From Octopus vulgaris (Eukaryota): a DNA stretch of 64,000 nucleotides. A program made the position numbers and the translations under genes. The stretch is from the NCBI GenBank assembly GCA_951406725.2, contig OX597831.1:79422001-79486000 (forward strand), read 5' to 3'. Shown here piece after piece: positions 55,526 to 64,000 of this stretch; position 1 is the first letter of the stretch; each line of letters starts with the position of its first letter. The notes under the pieces are model-generated. The model saw only the letters and a list, made by a program, of their open reading frames with translations. It was not told the DNA's origin and ran no database searches.

Positions 55526-56035
55526 GCATATATTATATTTTATATATATATATATATATGTGCATATGCAGCTGTATTTATATAAATCTATGTATGTGTA
55601 TTGTATATATACGTATAAGCGTACGTGTATAATTTATTATACAATTAGTTTTGACTGGGAATTCAAATTTAACCTGATACATTCAGCGAAGATTGTTGAC
55701 TAGGCCGTTACGCCAAATTTAAAATCCGTGTCAAAATTAATTTTATAATACATTTGACCCTTCTATTGAGTTCTCCCTGCATGCAGGCGCGCACACATGC
55801 CATCACAATAAATATATGTTCTAATATCTATGGAAACTCTTTCAAAATACCAACCACGTATCTAGCATGAATTATGGCTATGTGCCTTTTGTTTGTATGC
55901 ATGTGTGTATGTATATGCGCATATATGTTTATGCATATGTGTAGGTTTGCATGTGTATACAACACACATATGTGCATACATGCATACATTAACAAAATTA
56001 CATATGTCAATGGGTAACTAGATAGAAAGATAGAC

Positions 56036-56106
<71 letters not shown>

Positions 56107-56134
56107 TATATGCATATATATATTTGTATCTGTG

Positions 56135-56274
56135 TGCTTCCCAACCACGTGGATATGGGTTCAATCCCACTACGTGGCACCTTGGCCTAGAGTCTTCTTC
56201 TATAACTTCGGGCCGACCAAAGCATTGTAAGTGGATTTGGTGGATGGAAACTGAAAGAAGCCCGTCGTTTATAC

Positions 56275-56329
<55 letters not shown>

Positions 56330-56530
56330 TGCGTCTGTGCTTGTCCCACTCCATCGCTTGACAACCGATGCTGGTGTGTTTGTGTCCCTGTAACTTAGCG
56401 AATCTGTATAAGTGACAGATAGAATAAGTACTAGGCTTACAAAGAGTATGTCCTGGGGTCAGTTTCTTCGATTAAAGATGGTGCTCCAGCATGACCGCAG
56501 TCAAATAACTGAAACAGGCAAAAGAATAAT
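56135..56530 (+). mobile_element. SINE family A
   Basis: Head, (TG)n centre and tail. Confidence 0.88.
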
Positions 56531-56628
56531 ATGTGTGTGTGGGTGTGAGTGTGTATACCATATTATATGCATATATTATAGAAACTATTTGTACATAAAT
56601 ATTTGCATGTATAACTATCTACCTGTCA

Positions 56629-56672
<44 letters not shown>

Positions 56673-57860
56673 CTATGTGTATGGGTGTGTGTGTGTGTAA
56701 GTATCTATGCATGTATCTTTCTATGCAAAAGAATGTGTCGTTGTATGTGTTTGTATTTATGTATACATACAAAAATACATACATACACTCATGCATGTAT
56801 GCATGCATACATACATACATACATACATACATAGACATATTCCTATGTGCCTGTTTAATTCACAATCCTCTGTTTTCACACATATTGACCACACAGGGAA
56901 GCACACACACACACTCTCTCCTCAAATCAAAAACATATACAGTCACACACATACACACACACACATTCAACCGCTAACTCCCACTGACCATAGGTTGCAT
57001 TATTACAAAGAGTTCCTTCCTTCATATCAAATTCAAACGTAGCAGGTGCAAAATGGCGTCCACACTTGCAGTAAATAACGTAACTGGAAGCCATGATATT
57101 TTACAAACAAACACTATCGTAGATCAACGAATAATATGTAGCTTTTGAAAACGTCATTTCAGGCTGCAGATCCGCCATTTTCCTTCCTTGAAATAACCTT
57201 TTGTACAATAGGCATAAGGTCTGAAATTTTGGAGAAGGTGTTAAATCGATTACACCGATCTCATTACTCGAATAAAAAGCAAAACCGATCTCGGAAGAAT
57301 TTCATCTCAGAACGTAAAGTCGGAAGAAAAACCACGAAGCAATTTCTTCCAGTCAACTCACAGTCCACGTCAGTTGGAATATCAATTATTTTACACCGTG
57401 TTATTTATTTATTTGGTCACATTTGGATTGAGGGTGGTTCTCTGGTTTATGGTTTGCTGATGTCTCTTATTCGTCATTCGGTAAGTCGGTGTTGCTGTTC
57501 TTGTTGTTGCTGTTGTTGTTCTTGCTGTTGCTGTTGTCGTCCTTTGTTGTTCTGTTCTTTCGTCATTGGTTCTTGGTTCTTCGGTTTTAGCTCTTGTAGT
57601 TTGTTCTCACATTTTAGAGAAATGTCATCTTTTATTTGTTTCAGCCGCCATTAGATTGCAGCCATGCTTGGCACAATCTCGAATAATTTTAGCCGACTGA
57701 AACTACCCCAGTAATTACTCTATATACGCGCACGTGTATATGTGTATATATATATAGTTAATCCAAACAAGAAAACACAGAAAAAAAGAGAAAAAAACAG
57801 CAACGCGAGGACGTGGAACAATTAAAGTATTATTGACGCTCAGGAAAGAAGAGAAGGAGG

Positions 57861-57895
57861 GTTTGACGTTTCGAGCGGAGCTCTTCGTCGGAAAC
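57861..57895 (-). ncRNA. Minimal type I hammerhead motif
   Basis: GTTT-CCGACGA-A-GAGC TCC GCTC-GAA-ACGT-C-AAAC; palindromic stem III, GUC site, U4 replaced by C. Confidence 0.65.
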
Positions 57896-57933
57896 AAGGA
57901 GAAGGAAAGATCCCAAGAGGGAAGACAGAGGAT

Positions 57934-58127
57934 ATAGGTATAAGGGAAAAACAACGAAAGATCACATCCATATGAGATACCCGAGGACAAGCCTGTTTCT
58001 GGATTAGTTGAAGAAATCTCTGAGCTGATGAAGGAATGTTGGCGTTTAGTCAACTAATCCAGAAACAAGCTTGTCCTCGGGTATCTCATATGGATGTGAT
58101 CTTTCGTTGTTTTTCCCTTATACCTAT
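57934..58127. repeat. 78-bp inverted repeat (1 mismatch) with 38-bp spacer
   Basis: 57934-58011 versus 58050-58127. Confidence 0.95.
58016..58084 (+). ncRNA. Type I hammerhead ribozyme, canonical core
   Basis: TCTGAG-CTGATGA(58025-31)-A-GGA..GTTGGC GTTTA GTCAAC..TCC-A-GAA-ACAAGCTTGT-C-CTCGGG; predicted cleavage after C58075. Confidence 0.78.
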
Positions 58128-58264
58128 GTGAGTTATTCCTGAGTATGCATTGTCTGGGAGACTTTTCTTGCAGTAGAAGAAATAGCCAAATTTTTGGCTG
58201 CTATTTCTAAAAAGCTCGGTGTGTGGTAAAGTAAATTATTTTACTTTACCCTCTTTTTTATAAA

Positions 58265-58316
<52 letters not shown>

Positions 58317-58320
<4 letters not shown>

Positions 58321-58515
58321 GAAGAGTTTACGAAAAAAACAAAAGACGAAGGCAAGCGGTGTACAAAACAAACAGATGTATAAGTATAGCGCTCAGGAAT
58401 AGAAAAAGTCTTTTACGTTTCGAGCCTACGCTCTTCTACAGAGAAGGACACAGAAAAAACAAGGCGAGAAACAAGGAGAGAAAAAATGTGTGTAGTGGCT
58501 AACGATCTATCATAG
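58317..58515 (-). mobile_element. Penelope pLTR-like repeat, hammerhead at 58410-58446
   Basis: Copy of 23681-23846 between (TA)n tracts. Confidence 0.65.
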
Positions 58516-58704
58516 CGAATATATATATATATATAAACAAATCAAATTGCGATAAAATAAAAATAATTATTATCGCTGGTATTACTAACACAAGCCATAT
58601 ATTTTTCATATATCAGTACATTAAGGCGAAATATGTGCTAGGAATACAGAAGCTTGATAAATTAAGTGAAATGAAGATAAAAACATTTACTAAACCGGTA
58701 AACC

Positions 58705-58747
<43 letters not shown>

Positions 58748-59074
58748 TCAAGTATGGAAATGGAGAGATATAATGGATATAAAGCAATTTTAACTAATTT
58801 ACATTAAATGCAAAATTATTTTGTTATATACAGTGCTATGATGTTTTGATGTAGTTGCGGACTTACAGTATATTCACTCACCAACTGTTCAAATCACCAT
58901 CACGTAATCCAACGCCATCTCTTCTTAATACCTTCTGCGACTCACTGTATAATGCATGGCTGAATATGCGACACTCTTCTCGTATCTCCAGCACGCATGC
59001 GTATTTATACAATTCAGACCCGTTCATTTATCCATTCACGAGTGAAGAGGGTGTTCGGACTCCCCAACAACATA

Positions 59075-59730
59075 CAGCTTTAGCCAAAATTATGGGGCAG
59101 GTATGAAAAAATAGAGAATATGATTGAAAGTCATTTACTTTATAATCCAAAGAAGTATAATAAACATTCTAGAGTCCATCCCTTCGATAATTAATATTTG
59201 ATGTGTCCTCCTTTGGCTTTTATAACCGCTTTTATGTGATTTTGCATACTTGAGACTAAGTGGGTATATATGGCGGGTGTCAATTGTTTGCCTTTCATTG
59301 TGTGACACCAACGTTATTTTGTTTCTTTTTTTATCTTCATTGAATATCTTATTGATGACTTATCACTGGTTAATATTTGTTGAAAATGTCTCCAAAGTAA
59401 TACATTCCTAAAGCTCAAAGGTCAGAAATTATAGCATTAACAAGTGAAGGATTCTCCCAAGTTGAAATGCTTAAGAAAAGGTGTCCATCAAAAGGTACAA
59501 TGAGACCAAATCTTTCAAAATCTCTAAAGGATGAGGTTGCTGAAGAGGACATCTCAGGCGGATAGGAAAAAGACTTCTTTTGACGTAGCTGCTGAGTTTT
59601 GGCAACAAACAAGGAGATACCAATTCACACAGTGACAAGAAGGTTGTTATAATCTGGGCTCAAAGGATGTAAGGCCAGATAGAAGCCATTGCTCCTTGAG
59701 GTGAACATGAAGAAGCGCTTGTCTTGGGCA
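59075..59730 (+). mobile_element. Tc1-family transposon, left end, decayed
   Basis: TA-CAG start; MSPK*YIPKAQRSEIIALTSEGFSQ from 59386 and TVTRRLL*SGLKGCKAR*KPLL...KKRLSWA; antisense LVSSM...KAVIKAKGGHIKY* at 59191-59260. Confidence 0.8.
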
Positions 59731-59836
59731 AAACAAACAGATGTATTAGTATAACGCTCAGGAATAGAAAAAGTCTTTTACGTTTCGAGCCTACGCTCTT
59801 CTACAGAAAGGGACACAGAAAAAACAAGGAGAGAAA
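59727..59836 (-). mobile_element. Penelope pLTR-like repeat, hammerhead at 59775-59810
   Basis: Third copy of the 23681 family, abutting the truncated Tc1. Confidence 0.65.
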
Positions 59837-59894
59837 CACGTTTGTATGTGTGCATGTATATGCGCAAATATATTTATACATATATGTATATATG

Positions 59895-59968
<74 letters not shown>

Positions 59969-60190
59969 GTTTTTGCATTTGATTTGCAAGATTCCTTATA
60001 TGAATTCATGTATTGAAGCATATTTTATTGAGTCTGGTGAGAGATTTCTGTTTTTGTACCTTATTACAAGAAAACAACGTGTAGTGGCTAACGATCTATC
60101 ATGGCGACTGCCAGACAGAAGGGGCACACACCATATATATATATATATATATATACATACACACACACACACATATATATATACATACAT

Positions 60191-60221
<31 letters not shown>

Positions 60222-60249
60222 GACACATATATATATACATACATACGCG

Positions 60250-60285
<36 letters not shown>

Positions 60286-60290
60286 CGTAC

Positions 60291-60440
60291 ACCAGAGTAA
60301 GCACTTAAATGCGAAAGAAGGTGGAAAAAATAGTACTCAAATACCAGAGGTAGAGTAATATAGTTTATTAAAAAGCTGCAAAAATATCACAGAAAGTTTG
60401 AGTAACAGATTTTGTGATATTTTTGCTTCTTTTTAATAAA
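60291..60440. mobile_element. Fold-back pLTR-like remnant
   Basis: Homologous to 22380-22500; inverted arms 60364-60394 / 60409-60440. Confidence 0.6.
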
Positions 60441-60865
60441 GTATATATATATATACATATGTATATATGTGTGCGTGTGAGTGTCTATGTATACGTACAC
60501 GCATTCATAGACATCTAAATGTATATGCATATATATTTATGCACATTCTATGTGTGTAGCACGTATGTGTGTGTGTGCGCGAGCGCGCGTGTCGTCGTGG
60601 GTGGAGGGCGAAGGAGTGAGGACACCGGACGAGAGGTCAGCGGTTTGTAGACTCTTACCAGCACTGCCCCGTGTCAATGGCTAAGACACTCAGATATAAG
60701 TCCACCTAGGCGTAAGTAGGTAAGTAGGTACAATGAGCTAATATATTCCAACAACTTAAACACGTTTGTGAGTATTTTTGTGTGTGTACGAAATACGCAC
60801 AAACGTGAATGTGTATGTTTGCGTATATATAAGTATATATATGTATGTATAAGTACATATATATG

Positions 60866-60912
<47 letters not shown>

Positions 60913-60957
60913 ATGAATATGCATATGTGTTTGTGTGTGTATATAAGTATATATATG

Positions 60958-60991
<34 letters not shown>

Positions 60992-62539
60992 AATATATAA
61001 TATACATATGTATTCTGTGTATATATGTATACACTAAATTTTATATATATATATGTATAAAAAATATATATATAAAAATACGAAATGGGACAAGAACGCA
61101 AAACACTCAAATAGACGACACCAAAAACGGACGGGTCATTCGAAGCCTTCAACCTTCAGTCAAGAACCGGATCATCCTCGCAATTTCGGCTGATTAATCT
61201 TGAGATCGCTCCGATCCGGCCAGCCCCAAGGAAAAACTAAGCTACGAGCATTAGATTTCTTGGAAAAAGAATCGAATGTATACGAAACAAGGACAGAACA
61301 ACGGACGATGCCACACGAATATAAATACAAAATCAATAATAGTAATAACAGGACAAAAACAGCGGGTGTCTTACGACTTTAGACAGTTCATCTTAGCTTA
61401 CTTAGCGTATTTGGAAAAAAATGCCTTTGCGGCAGACGAAGACAACGATGTTGTCGTGGCGGTAGTCAGAAGTCGAAAGGCTAGTTGACCGGCGGTCACG
61501 TGAGAGGAGAAGAGAGAGAAAAAAAGGGGGCAAAGGAATCAAAGAGAGAGAGAAAAAGAGGGACAAAGACACCAAGGGGTGGAGAAGAGAGAGAAAGAAG
61601 GAATTAAAGAGGGGAGAAGAAAGAGAGCGTGCTAATGATTCTGGCTTGACGACAGAATCAGTGAGGTGCAAAGTGAGAAAGACAGAGAAATGTGAGAGAG
61701 TGGGGAAGAGGAGACCAAAGAATCAGAGGCGAGAAAAGAGAAAGACAGAGACTAGTGAAGTATAGAGAAAGTGTGTACACGATAACAACATTGAGTGTCA
61801 CGATAACAACATTAAATTTAGCTGGGCTAAAAAGTCACATTCGATCATAGCACCAACAACAGTTACGCTTCGTGCAATGGCCATACTCGATAACGAGGGA
61901 GCAGCCATCATGTATGTATGTATAAAATATGGTTTCAAGAAAAAATTCCGGATTCACCCACAGTATTTGAAAAAGTGGGTTCTGGAATTAAAGATTATTT
62001 ATGATACTAAAAATACCTTTAAAAGAAGAGAATGATGCAATATCTGTCTGAATCTGTCTTTCATTTTTAAGAATATTTCCATGCAATTAATAATTTTTAG
62101 TTTTAAAAAAGAAGTTCTTTCTTCAATCATATGTCAGAGAAACCGGTCCACATGCGCCTCAGTCAATATCTTCTTGTAATCGACTTCCACCCAATTGTCA
62201 TACGAACCGTTATTTCACTCGGTTTATGTCGGGCTGCTATTTTCCAGCAGGATGCATTTGGCCATATTTTGACATACGACAGTCAAACATAACAGCAACG
62301 ACATATTGAACAACATAGTCGTTGATATGCAAAGGTAAGAAGGATATCATGGCTGCAATGCTTATGATCACAAGTCTGGTCATTAAAGTTAGACAAGTAT
62401 GTCGACTTAGCCTGTCATCCCCGAGCGATCGATAAAATAAGCACCAGTTGAGTACCGAGGTACCGAGGGTCGATGTAATCCGAATTGCTGGCCTTGTGCC
62501 AAAATTTGAATTTGAACTCATTACGTGGATAGAGAAGGA

Positions 62540-62843
62540 GTTGAGCTGGCAGAATCGTTAGCATGTCGGACAAAATGCTTAGTGGCATTTCGCCCGTCTT
62601 TACGTTCTGAGTTCAAATTCCGCAGAGGTCGACTTTACCTTTTATTTTTTTCGGGGTTGGTGAAATATATACCTGTTTATCACTGGGGTTGCTTTAAGCC
62701 ACTTACACTCAAACCCCAAATTTCATAAGAGACCGATAGAATAAGTACTGGGCTTACAAAGACTAAGTCCCGGGGTCGATTTGCTCGACTAAAGGCGGTG
62801 CTCCTGCATGGCCGCAGTCAAATGACTGAAACAAGTAAAAGAG
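62540..62843 (+). mobile_element. SINE family B followed by a family A 3' half
   Basis: GAGCTGGCAGAATCGTTAGC head; family A tail from 62727. Confidence 0.8.
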
Positions 62844-62887
62844 ATATATATTTTTTCTTTTTCAAAAAGTATAATATTATTATTATT

Positions 62888-63366
62888 GAGTGAGAGAGCA
62901 GTTCATGCCATCAAAGTGACACTGGGGTAAAATATACGAAGCCCAATATACCCATCGTGACTACCCGTCTGATAAAGGTACACCAGGCACATGCATCACA
63001 ACCATATGTGCGCGACATGGTGATCTCATATCAAGATAAACAGCACATGACCTTGCAGGTGGGGCCCAGTTAGAATTTTCTACAGGTTGAGTAGCCCATC
63101 CCGCTCAAACGGTCCCTGAATAAGGGTTGTTTAAGGATGTTGAAAGAACCACCCATGTTTCCAGAGGTGAACTATTCAAACCCCAAAGAATCCCTCTCAA
63201 CACATGGCTATGATGCTCCCCCACTACTTCTGCTCGTGATCAGAGATGCACATATCGTCAGCCACTAGGGGACATGCTCAACTGGTTAAGGTCAAACAAC
63301 TGACAAGCAAATCTATTGTATTGAGCAGAATATTTGCTGTAGCCCATCTTTTATACCAAGACAAAA
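62888..63366 (-). mobile_element. Non-coding element embedded in (TAA)n, possibly Dong/R4-related
   Basis: (ATT)n on both sides, second partial copy at 26160-26272; no ORF. Confidence 0.6.
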
Positions 63367-63368
63367 TT

Positions 63369-63419
<51 letters not shown>

Positions 63420-64000
63420 TATTAAGCATAAGTATATGCTTATATATGTGTATGTATGCACTCAACTATACAAATGCATACACACAGACAGACAGACAGA
63501 CAGACAGACAGACGGATAGACAGACAGACAAAGAGACGTATATATACGTTTGTACTTTGAAATACAACGACAATAACACCGATAGAGAAGTAAGTACTTC
63601 CATTGTGTAACATTTAGAGCATTCTCAAGAGCGACATCAGGTTAAGTGAAGTCAATTGGTTTTAAGCGCGAATTGAAACCGCATATAGGGCACAACATGC
63701 CGCTAGAATTAACCCGGTTACATCACGCTCGTGATATGAATGAATTTATAATACATTTAATGTATTTTTGTTAATGTTTGGCTTTTTTCTTTTTATAAAA
63801 ATAAAAAAACAATTTTACGCTAATCTGAGGTGGTTAATCTATGCTTTTATAACGCACGAGTTTATTCTTGTTGACTGTTACCTCGAAGTTTTATCCAATT
63901 AAAATATCGCAGTCCGACGACGGCTAAATTGACCGAAACTTCTGAGCCACTCTCTGAAACATTTGCAGCCACTATTCTTAAACCCACTCCCCACCCCCCT

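Noticed and set aside
57047-57150. CAAAATGGCG start-like or YY1-like motif
   Set aside because: Short ORF and no other promoter or splice support
58855-59106. 83-aa ORF and a minus-strand TATA-like motif
   Set aside because: No recognisable domain; the ORF runs into the Tc1 end
61170-61235. GGCTG...CAGCC-GAAA stem on the minus strand in the three-copy repeat
   Set aside because: No recognisable catalytic core or NUH site in register

Overview
Eukaryotic, AT-rich, extremely microsatellite-dense intergenic or intronic DNA with no intact host protein-coding gene. The SINE repertoire and repeat landscape suggest an octopus (coleoid cephalopod) genome; this is an inference. Nearly all ORFs in the track are artefacts of di-, tri- and tetranucleotide repeats. 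Real content: three or four tRNA-derived SINE families; a full-length but disabled DD34D mariner; a truncated Tc1; a pogo/Tc2-like MITE; and decayed LINEs of the RTE (with an internal PHD-like finger), L1/Tx1, CR1 and R4/Dong clades plus a Penelope GIY-YIG fragment. The most striking hidden signal is about 15 hammerhead-ribozyme-like motifs in short repeats, most flanked by (TA)n and several in fold-back form, which resemble Penelope pseudo-LTRs. One has a fully canonical core (58016-58084) and one carries a compensatory G3:C8 core swap (32589-32635). Other notable signals: retroelement families appear to partition microsatellite types as insertion niches, a SINE shares its 3' end with the Tx1 LINE, a template-switch-like chimera lies at 27.6 kb, and there are two pre-miRNA-like hairpins. 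All structures were paired by eye and none has been computationally folded or database-searched.
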